Shown here: piece after piece, positions 10,808-19,800 of the stretch
Layout: each line of letters begins with the position of its first letter
How positions within the stretch are numbered: the first letter of the stretch is position 1
DNA from: Halarcobacter sp.
GTDB lineage: Bacteria > Campylobacterota > Campylobacteria > Campylobacterales > Arcobacteraceae
NCBI GenBank assembly: GCA_048571215.1
Contig: CP182352.1
Location: 2,304,001-2,368,000, forward strand
Length of the DNA: 64,000 bases
Direction: 5' to 3'
The notes under the pieces: model-generated
What the model was told of the DNA's origin: nothing
Databases searched by the model: none
Seen by the model: only the letters and a program-made list of their open reading frames with translations
Made by a program: the position numbers and the translations under genes

Positions 10808-13221
10808 GAGAAAATAATTTATTACTTTTAGTTGTAGGTTTAGGAGGTGCTATTGGTACAACTTTAGCATCAGGTTTTGCAATACCGAATAGTGAATCAA
10901 AATTAGGTTTAATGACAGAGAATCCATTAATAAAGTCATTAGGTATAAAATTTATTACTTCAAAAAATATTACACTTAGTGGTTGGGATATTAATCAAAA
11001 AAATCTTTTTGATATTGCTAGCGAATTAAAAATTGTTCCTGCTGAAAGACTACTTCAATCAAAAAGATACTTATCTTCAATTAAACCGCGTCCAGGCATT
11101 ACAAGAAAACATAATCTAAAAGAATGGTTTTATACAGAAATTGAACAATTAAACATATTAATAGAACAGACTCAATCTGATCAAGTTATAGTTTTAAATC
11201 TTCTTCCTACAGAACCAAATTATTTACAAGTAGATAAAGAGATAGATTGGGATAGTCTTGGTTCCATTTCATTAGAAACAGAGGAAGTGACTCTAAGTAG
11301 ATTATATTTTAAATTAGCTATAGAGTTGGGAGCTCATTATATTAACTTCACTCCAAATAATGCAGAAACTACACAATTGCAAAAACAAGCAATTTCCAAA
11401 AATCTAATTTTTTGTGGTAGAGATGGAAAAAGTGGACAAACATTTTTAAAAACTGTATTAGCACCTGCATTTTATCAACGTAACTTTAAGATTAATGGTT
11501 GGTATAGTACAAATCTATTAGGGAATAAAGATGGCTTAGCACTTGCTGATCCTGTAATATTTGAAACAAAAAGACAATCTAAATCCAAATGTTTAGAAGA
11601 TATAATAGGCTATGCACCAGGTGGAATAGAAGAAGCTTCATATGGACATCAGGTTCATATACACTATTATCCTCCAAGAAAAGATGCAAAAGAATCATGG
11701 GATAATATTGATTTTAGTGGTTATTTTGGTGAAGAGATGCAGTTAAAACTAAATTGGTTAGGAAAAGATTCTATTTTAGCTGCACCTATGGCATATGATC
11801 TTGTTAGAATAGTAGAGTTAAGTTCAAGGTTTAGTATAAAGGGTATTATCGAAGAAACAGGTGTATTTTTTAAAACACCTCTTTATAAATCAAAATATCC
11901 AATACACTCTTTTCCTACACAATTTGAAAATCTTTTAAAATACCTAAAAAAACTCAAATTAAATGACAATGCTTCTATTCATAATGATTGGCTGGATATA
12001 TTAAAAATATCTCCGCTATCTTCTCAAACAGGAATATACTTACATGCTTCAGAAAATATGCTCCCATATTCAGCTCGTTTAGCTCAAGCTTTAGAAGCTA
12101 TAGAGAGATACTCTTTAAAACCTCACGAGAAGTTTGAAGACAATGATATATATTTTGCAAATAATATCCCATTGCAAAAAGTCAAACAAAATTTGATAGA
12201 TAAATTTCAAGAAGTTCTATCTAGCTCTTGGGTAAGTGTGTCTGCTTTATCTGGGTTACATGCCACAGAAATATGCTTTAATTCATTTGTGAAATTAGAT
12301 GATGATGTATTTATTGTTTCTCCAAAACATGGTGGACATCCATCTATGGAACCTTTACTTAAAAGTATGAATGTAAATGTGCATTTTCTACCTTTTTTAG
12401 AAAATCAACTTATTGATGTAAATAAATTAAAAGATATGATATATAGTATAAAACCTGTTTTAATTGTATTTGATATTAGTGATTCTTTAAGAGAACAGGA
12501 TTTAGATTTTATAAAAGATATTAAAGGTAAATCTATAATTTTATTTGATGTATCCCAAACTTTAGGATTAATTATTGGAAAATCATTAACTAACCCTTTA
12601 GATAAAGGAGTAGATATTATAATAGGTACTACTCACAAAACATTTCCAGGTCCCCACAAAGCTATAATCGCTTCAAATAATAAAAAAATAGCAGAAAAAA
12701 TAGAAAATACAATCTCCATAAAAGTTAGTAGTGATCATACAGATCATATATTGAGTTTAAATGCTGCTTTAGATGAATTTCTACCCATAGCTGAAGAATT
12801 TGCAGAACAATGTAAAATAAATATTCAACTTTTTGCAAAGCTACTTAAAACATATAATATTAATGCTATTGATAGTGTTCCTTTAGATACTCATCAAATT
12901 TGGGTAATTTTTTTAGATCCTGAAGAAGCAAAAAAAGCTTATTTAGATTTAGAAAAAGCAGGTATATTTACAAATCTTAGAAAACTACCATTTAACTATG
13001 GATGGGGACTTAGAATAGGACTTCATGAAATAACACTAAGAGGTTTTAAAGAAGAAGATATAAAACAATTAGCAAAACTTTTTTCTAAAATTATCATAGA
13101 AAAAGTAGAACCATTAGAAGTCAGAGACCATGTAATTAAGTTAATAGAAAACCTTGTTCCATTATTAAAAACAAAGACTCCATTGAGTGAATTTTTACAA
13201 AAACATTTACTAGGAGAATAA
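10798..13221 (+). CDS. Fusion of myo-inositol-1-phosphate synthase (N-terminal ~390 aa) and an SHMT-like/threonine-transaldolase-like PLP enzyme (C-terminal ~410 aa)
   Basis: MIPS motifs VGLGGAIGTT, GWD, NFTP, GRDGKSGQT, NLLGNKDG, DSILAAP; SHMT-fold motifs HASEN, SGLHA, HGGH, DVSQ, TTHKTFPGP, GLRIG. Confidence 0.9.
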   Translation: MNNRENNLLLLVVGLGGAIGTTLASGFAIPNSESKLGLMTENPLIKSLGIKFITSKNITLSGWDINQKNLFDIASELKIVPAERLLQSKRYLSSIKPRPGITRKHNLKEWFYTEIEQLNILIEQTQSDQVIVLNLLPTEPNYLQVDKEIDWDSLGSISLETEEVTLSRLYFKLAIELGAHYINFTPNNAETTQLQKQAISKNLIFCGRDGKSGQTFLKTVLAPAFYQRNFKINGWYSTNLLGNKDGLALADPVIFETKRQSKSKCLEDIIGYAPGGIEEASYGHQVHIHYYPPRKDAKESWDNIDFSGYFGEEMQLKLNWLGKDSILAAPMAYDLVRIVELSSRFSIKGIIEETGVFFKTPLYKSKYPIHSFPTQFENLLKYLKKLKLNDNASIHNDWLDILKISPLSSQTGIYLHASENMLPYSARLAQALEAIERYSLKPHEKFEDNDIYFANNIPLQKVKQNLIDKFQEVLSSSWVSVSALSGLHATEICFNSFVKLDDDVFIVSPKHGGHPSMEPLLKSMNVNVHFLPFLENQLIDVNKLKDMIYSIKPVLIVFDISDSLREQDLDFIKDIKGKSIILFDVSQTLGLIIGKSLTNPLDKGVDIIIGTTHKTFPGPHKAIIASNNKKIAEKIENTISIKVSSDHTDHILSLNAALDEFLPIAEEFAEQCKINIQLFAKLLKTYNINAIDSVPLDTHQIWVIFLDPEEAKKAYLDLEKAGIFTNLRKLPFNYGWGLRIGLHEITLRGFKEEDIKQLAKLFSKIIIEKVEPLEVRDHVIKLIENLVPLLKTKTPLSEFLQKHLLGE

Positions 13222-13222
13222 A

Positions 13223-13966
13223 GTGGCGATGAAAAAAGATATAAAAGTATTTATTGCTTCAACAGGAACGCAAATTTATAGAGAAAAAGCTAAAGAATTA
13301 GCTGAAAGTTTAGCTAAGCATTTTACAATTTATTTTTGGGAAGATGTTTTTGAACCAGGAGATACAAATATAGAAGCATTAGAAAAAGCTGTAAAAAACT
13401 GTGATTATTCTGTAGCTTTTTTAAGTAGTGAAGATTTAACTGTGAAAAGTGGGATTGAAAACCTTCAACAAAGAGACAACCTTATCTTTGAATTTGGTTT
13501 ATTTACTGGTGCTTTAGGTAGAAAAAGAAAATTTGGAGTAACCTTTGGTAGAGGTAGTGAAATAAGCTTACCTTCAGATTTAAATGGCTTAGTTTTAATA
13601 AAAGAAAATATCAACTCACATAATTTAATAAGTGATATTTCTAATAAAATTTTAGATTGTATTCAAGAGTTAGGATTCAAAGATAAAGATAATAAAGAAG
13701 TATATTTTTTATATGATTCATATAAAGTATTTGAACTCACTCCAAAGTGTATTGATATATTTGAAAAATTATTTAATAACTTTTTAAGTATTAGAACTTA
13801 TATTGAGAGAATTATTAATATATATCTATTAAATAGTATACCTGAAATTATTATGGATAAAATGTTTGTAGGTTTCCTATATTATATAGGTGATGGCATT
13901 AAAATAACTCAAAATAATACTAATAACTCTCTTGTATATTTTTGTAAAGATAGTGCAATAGCATGA
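13223..13966 (+). CDS. TIR-domain protein (CAP12/Pycsar-effector-type TIR) with an unrecognised ~90-aa C-terminal region
   Basis: VFIAS...W..VFEPG...EAL...DYSVAF...RDNLIFEFGLF.GALGR, with the putative catalytic Glu; GTG start with AGGAG RBS. Confidence 0.88.
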   Translation: MAMKKDIKVFIASTGTQIYREKAKELAESLAKHFTIYFWEDVFEPGDTNIEALEKAVKNCDYSVAFLSSEDLTVKSGIENLQQRDNLIFEFGLFTGALGRKRKFGVTFGRGSEISLPSDLNGLVLIKENINSHNLISDISNKILDCIQELGFKDKDNKEVYFLYDSYKVFELTPKCIDIFEKLFNNFLSIRTYIERIINIYLLNSIPEIIMDKMFVGFLYYIGDGIKITQNNTNNSLVYFCKDSAIA

Positions 13967-13976
13967 GAAAAGATAA

Positions 13977-15164
13977 ATGAATATACCTAAGTGGCCAAGA
14001 ACAGATAAAATGGGGGAAAAGTATATTTTAGATGTCTTAGCTTCTAATCAATGGGGAGCAACGGGAATAAGATGGAGAAAAAAATCATATGAAACAAAGT
14101 TCACCAATAAATTTGCAAGTTATAATAATAGTCCATATTGCCTAACTACGTTAAATGGATCTACAGCTATAGAGTTAGCTCTTTTAGCTTTAGGCATAAG
14201 AAAAGGAGATAAGGTTTTAGTCACTGCACTTACTTGGGTATCTTGTGCTACTGCTATATTATCAGTAGGTGCCATTCCTATATTTATTGATATAGATAAG
14301 TCAAATTTATGTATGGATATTGCTAAAACTAAATATGCATTAAAAAAATATAAAAAGTGTAAAGCAATTTTATTGGTTCATGCTTATTGTAGTATTGCTC
14401 CAATTGAAGAATTTATAAAACTTACAAAAAAATATAAAGTACATTTAATAGAAGATTGTTCCCAAAGTCATGGTGCTAAATATAAGAACCAATTGTGCGG
14501 TTCATTTGGAGTATGTGGTATATTTAGTATGCAAAGTTCAAAAGTATTATCAAGTGGTGAAGGAGGTGCAATAATATTTCAAAAACAAAAATATTATACT
14601 AAAGCTCAAAAACTTAGACTTGATGGAAGAGTTCCTTCAAATTTTCCTATCGGACAAACCCTTGTTAAAACTTATAATCCTATAAGTGGTAGAAATAGAA
14701 CTATTACAGAGTTTCAACATGCATTACTACTTAGAGGGTTAGAGTTATTAGATAGTGAAAACAGTATAAGAACAAAAAATGCTTCATATTTAGGAGATAT
14801 TTTATCACAATATAATATTTCATATTTTTTTCAAAAGAGTAAAAAAGTACTTCCATCATTTTATAGATTTATATATTTTTTTGATAAAGAAAAAATGTAT
14901 GGAAATGATATTGATGAACATATTGAATATTTAGTAAAAAATGGTATACCAGCAGAAAGAGTTCATATACCTATACCTTTAAATCGTGCTATTCCAAAAA
15001 ATTTACAAAAAAATAAAAAATTTGTAAAAGATAATTTTCCTATTTCATTAGAAATTTATAATAGTTGTGTGACATTAGCTCATCAATGTTTACTCATGGA
15101 TGGAGTTAATATAACTGAACTATCAAAATACATAATAGAAGATAAAGTAGATAATTTTGAATAG
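13977..15164 (+). CDS. DegT/DnrJ/StrS PLP aminotransferase, BtrR/StsC-like (inosose aminotransferase)
   Basis: NGSTA, LTW..ATA, IEDCSQSHG, FSMQSSKVLSSGEGG; the N-terminal P.WP...W..G...E.KF and LR.DGR pattern recalls BtrR. Confidence 0.88.
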   Translation: MNIPKWPRTDKMGEKYILDVLASNQWGATGIRWRKKSYETKFTNKFASYNNSPYCLTTLNGSTAIELALLALGIRKGDKVLVTALTWVSCATAILSVGAIPIFIDIDKSNLCMDIAKTKYALKKYKKCKAILLVHAYCSIAPIEEFIKLTKKYKVHLIEDCSQSHGAKYKNQLCGSFGVCGIFSMQSSKVLSSGEGGAIIFQKQKYYTKAQKLRLDGRVPSNFPIGQTLVKTYNPISGRNRTITEFQHALLLRGLELLDSENSIRTKNASYLGDILSQYNISYFFQKSKKVLPSFYRFIYFFDKEKMYGNDIDEHIEYLVKNGIPAERVHIPIPLNRAIPKNLQKNKKFVKDNFPISLEIYNSCVTLAHQCLLMDGVNITELSKYIIEDKVDNFE

Positions 15165-15873
15165 AAATATAAATCTATCATGTATTGAAATAGAGATTAA
15201 TACAAAATGTAATTTTAAATGTTCTTATTGTCCCTCATCATTTAACAATGTAAAAAATTCATATATGTCTTTTGAAAAATATAAGATTATAATTGATAAG
15301 TTAAAACAAGTTGACTTTAATGGTAGATTATCATTTCATTTTTACAATGAACCTACTTTGCACCCTGATCTTGAAAAATTTATAAAATTTTCCTCAAAAG
15401 AACTTCCTAAAGCATTATTGAGACTATATACAAATGGATCAAGATTAAACGATAAGCTTTATTGTAGATTATCAAATGCTGGTGTGGATCAATTCTATGT
15501 AACACTTCATAAACAAACCCCTAATCTACCTACAAGACCAAAGCAGGTAGTAAGAGAATTGAGTAACATAGATATTACAAATAGAGGAGGTTCATTGCAT
15601 AGTATTAATAATCATTTAGAGATACCTTGTATGCTTCCTCAAGAGTTCTTATTATTTGATATAAATGGAAATGCACTAATGTGTTTTGAAGACTATTATA
15701 AAACTGAAATATTTGGAAATATTTTTATAGATTCTTTAGAAAAAATTTACTTCAATACTAGATTAGAAATATTTCGTAAACATCTATCTCTAGGAGATAG
15801 AACAATTTGTAATATTTGTAAAAAATGTGATAGCAAAGCTTATCAAAAACTAGGTCAGGTATATATAGAATGA
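15157..15873 (+). CDS. Radical SAM enzyme with twitch domain, BtrN-like (aminocyclitol dehydrogenase)
   Basis: IEIEIN..CNFKCSYC, GRLSFHFYNEP, YTNG, NRGG, C..P, CFED, CKKC; size and motif order match BtrN as recalled. Confidence 0.85.
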   Translation: MNRNINLSCIEIEINTKCNFKCSYCPSSFNNVKNSYMSFEKYKIIIDKLKQVDFNGRLSFHFYNEPTLHPDLEKFIKFSSKELPKALLRLYTNGSRLNDKLYCRLSNAGVDQFYVTLHKQTPNLPTRPKQVVRELSNIDITNRGGSLHSINNHLEIPCMLPQEFLLFDINGNALMCFEDYYKTEIFGNIFIDSLEKIYFNTRLEIFRKHLSLGDRTICNICKKCDSKAYQKLGQVYIE

Positions 15874-16820
15874 ATACAACTTTAGAAATATGGCCAGCAA
15901 AATGGTTACAAAATATTCATTGGACATTTTGGGAAGAAACAGTTAAAAACAATTTTGGCTTAAATAGTCCATTTTTTGATATTAATTTTTTTAAAAGTAT
16001 TATATCTTATCAACCCTATAGTTATAGTATGGTATTTAAATCTAAAGGGGGTATTATTGCTATGTTACCTTTTGAAGTGGCTACAAAAAATAGAGCAAGA
16101 CTTTTATCTCCAGATATAGTAGGACTACATGGACTTATAATTCATAAAGACAATTTAAATAAAATTGATTTAAAAACTGCCATAAAAAAAGCTGGATTAA
16201 GATATTTACTCTTTGATCAAGTTCCTGGATGGCAAAGTACTTTTAATCCTTTTACAAGAATAGAAGATAATGCACCAAATCTAATACTTTCAAAAAGTAT
16301 TGAACGCACTAAAGTAAGTTGGAAAAACTCTGGGCAAAATACATTTGTAAATATAGATTTTAAGACTAGAAAACTTGAGAAAAAAGGTAGGCTTACTTAT
16401 ATATTTGATACAGTATCTCCTTTACTTTTTAGATATTTATCTTTAAATAAACAAAATCAATTTTATAAAACAGGTGAAGAGAATCTTTTTAGTACTAAAG
16501 AGTTTCAATCTATTTTAAATTATTTAAAAATAAATAAATCAAACAATTGTAAACTGGTCCTTTCAGCTCTTTATTTAGATAATATTCCAATAGCTGCACA
16601 TTTAGGATTATCTTCTAAAAAGACTTTTTATTCTTGGTATCCTGTGATGGATAAAAAAATAGGAAATGATTCCCCTGAATTAGTGTTATTTGGATATATT
16701 ATAAATACTCTCCATAAAAAAGGTTACAAAGTTTTAGATTTTGGCACTCAACCTATGCTTTATAAAACAAGATTGAGCAACTCCTCTTATAAAATAAAAA
16801 GAGGACTTATTCGCCCTTAG
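15870..16820 (+). CDS. GNAT-fold acyltransferase (CelD/BcsL, Acetyltransf_6-like)
   Basis: LSALYL...PIAAHLG...SWYP...SP..VL...G..VLDFG....YK.R. Confidence 0.8.
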   Translation: MNTTLEIWPAKWLQNIHWTFWEETVKNNFGLNSPFFDINFFKSIISYQPYSYSMVFKSKGGIIAMLPFEVATKNRARLLSPDIVGLHGLIIHKDNLNKIDLKTAIKKAGLRYLLFDQVPGWQSTFNPFTRIEDNAPNLILSKSIERTKVSWKNSGQNTFVNIDFKTRKLEKKGRLTYIFDTVSPLLFRYLSLNKQNQFYKTGEENLFSTKEFQSILNYLKINKSNNCKLVLSALYLDNIPIAAHLGLSSKKTFYSWYPVMDKKIGNDSPELVLFGYIINTLHKKGYKVLDFGTQPMLYKTRLSNSSYKIKRGLIRP

Positions 16821-19800
16821 TTACTCTAAGAATTTCTCTTGCCATTTCTTCAAAATATGTGTCAAAGTCATAAGTTTTAAATATTTTTTCGTACCAATTA
16901 AAAAATAATTCTAAGTGTTTACATGAGTCATTTAGTAAAAAGTATTTTGCTATTTCATCATGATCCCATTCTTGACCTGAAATATCTAAGTCAAGTTTAT
17001 TAGCTAATTTATCAATTTCAACATATAAATCATAATACTTTTCTTTATTTAAAACAAACTTTACTTTTTTAGGATAAATTTGAGCCATTCTAGCTAATGT
17101 CTCTTTTATCCAATATTCTGGAATTATATTTTCATCTTTTATTTTTAAAACTTCAAGTATAGCTTTAAGAGATGCATCTGGAAATATACGAATCATCTTT
17201 CTTATGGATAAAAAGTTTAGTTTTGTATATTTTACATCTATTGCTTTTGGGACTTTTTTTAATTCTTTTGCTTCCATAACATTTTTAATTCCTTTTGAAA
17301 ATATTGGTATTTCATTATCATAATTATACAAAAGTCCCTCTATCATAGCAACTTGATTCATGGGATTATATGTTTCATTAAGCGGATTTTCACATGATAA
17401 TGTTAAGAAAAAATTCTCTGGCTGAGTTTCTTCAAAATAATACATCCATTCTTCCATTTCATTTAATATTTTTTGACAACCATCTCTATCATTTTTATCA
17501 AGTTTAAATATGGCTATTCTTTGTGCTAAGCATAATGCAGCATCTATTGAAAAGTAAAAATTTGACTTAATAAAATGTCTTAATATCCCCATACCCACTT
17601 CAGAATCAAAATACGCAGATTTTAATATACAATATCTAGCTAATATGTGTTCTATTCTATATGAATATAAAGTTGGATTACTTTTTGTCATGTCCGCTGG
17701 TTCTTTAACATCTGAACAAAAGAACCTCAATATTTCAATTTCACTATTATTAAGTTCATCTTTATTACAAACTTTTTTATACATATTTCGTAGTTGTTTT
17801 GCATAATTCTCAACATCATCACTCATTTTCCATAGATATTCTAAATGGTTATGATTTGCATCTAATGAAAAGAAATTATCAGCATAGTTTTTAATAGACA
17901 ATATAAAACTATTTATTAAATTATTTTCAAAATTAATTTTATTGGTTGAACTATTTATAACTCTATTTAGTGTATAAAGTATATTTTTTCCTATATCTCC
18001 ATCTAATTTAATACTTTTATCAAAATAAATTGATAATACAAAAATCAAACCTACCAATTGTTCTGATGTTATCGATGAGTTTTTTGCAAAATAACTTTCA
18101 AATTTAGAAAGCAGTTTTCCTCTTCTACTTGGAGTTAAAAAGTTTAAATAGATACCATATCTTGACTTTTCATACCATTTTTTATTTCCGCTTAATATAG
18201 TTTCAATTAAAAAACTTACAGCATGTAAATTATCTGAACAATACTCAACTATAAATTCTAAGAACTGTTCTTTGTCGTTAAAAGCTTCTTCAATAAAATC
18301 AAAGCCTTCACCACCATTTTCAACTAGAATTTCTTGCAAAGTATCTTTTATTAGAAGTTTTACATCATTATTTTCAATATTTAAAAGCTCTCTTAGTCTT
18401 GATATATCTGTAAGTAATGAACTTCTATTTGGTGAGTCAATGTAATTACAGCTAATATTCACTAGTGCAGATTTTAAACCTTGTATTAAATGAAACTCTC
18501 CTTTTGACTCATTTAAAATATTAACGATTTTAGAAGTGTCAAACCCCTCATCTAATTCATAAAGTTCTATAATAGATAAACCCAAAATATACTCAAAAAA
18601 TCTATCATATGTAAAACTATATCTATCATTATGAGAGCTGGTTTTATTGATTATTCTTTCATCATACAAAATATCATAAAAAGTTTTTTCTTGATCTTTT
18701 TGAGGAAATAATGATACTAAACTTTCATCAAAAGAAAATTGTTTTTTAGAAGTATTATACCCCATTGTTTGTTTTAAAAATCTACTACCTAATGATTTTA
18801 ATATTCTTTCAAACATAAACTTCTTTGGTAGTTTTTCTAAATACATTTTAAAAATAGAAAAAGCAGGTGCATATTTTGGAATTGTATCATTATTATACGC
18901 TCTTGCCATAAGATTCATTAATAGTGGATCAGATAAATGTTCTTTAAAATGCTCATCAAGACTTTCCCACTCACCTAATAAATTATAGGCTCTTTTATAT
19001 GATTTAAAAGCTAAAGGAGCCTCTTCTTTATTATATTTTTCTATTTTAAAAATTTTACTATGATGATAAAACTTAGTTATATTAGATGAATTATGCTCCA
19101 TTTGATTCCAATATATCTCTCTGCATGAAAATAGAATTTTTATTCTATCTCTTAAAACACCATCTAAAGCTAGATTTTCTATCTCTTTTTTTAGATTGCT
19201 AGGTGTAATTGTAGTAAATTCATTTATTGCATCAATTTGTATTAAAAGATTTAAATTATTTAGCTCTAAATAAGCATTTAGTGCAGAAAACCAAGTATCT
19301 TTTAAGTAAGGTTTAAATGTAAATTTTTTACTTAAGTATTCTAATAAAGAATTGTTATTATCAAAACTCTCTGGCTCTATTGTTAACGTTAAAAAAGAAC
19401 TACATTCATATCTTTTCATTGTATTATAATATATATATGTAGATTTACCCATCCCAGCTTCACCAACTAATGCAAAAATTTTAGAGTCATTTTTTAAAAA
19501 ATCATTATAGGAGTTGTTTACAGATATTCTTTCTATCAAAGTATCCATACCACCATCTGGAATTTTAGATTCTAAATTTGATAAAGCAGAATTATTAATA
19601 TTTTTTAACTTTTGTAATAAGTTTTCTTCTTCGGCATATAATCTAAATTCTTGATGGTTACTTATATACTTTAAATATTTCTCTTTAATAGGGTTATTAT
19701 TGTTAATATGGGAAAAAGTTTCTTTCATAAATTCTGAAAAATAGTATCCTAAGGTTATATATTCTCTATTTAGAAAATGATTTGTTCTGTTTTTTTTAGA

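Noticed and set aside
11990..13221. SHMT-like domain as a duplicate of the nearby glyA
   Set aside because: Highly divergent from the glyA at 1-646 and lacks its folate-enzyme signatures; proximity appears coincidental.
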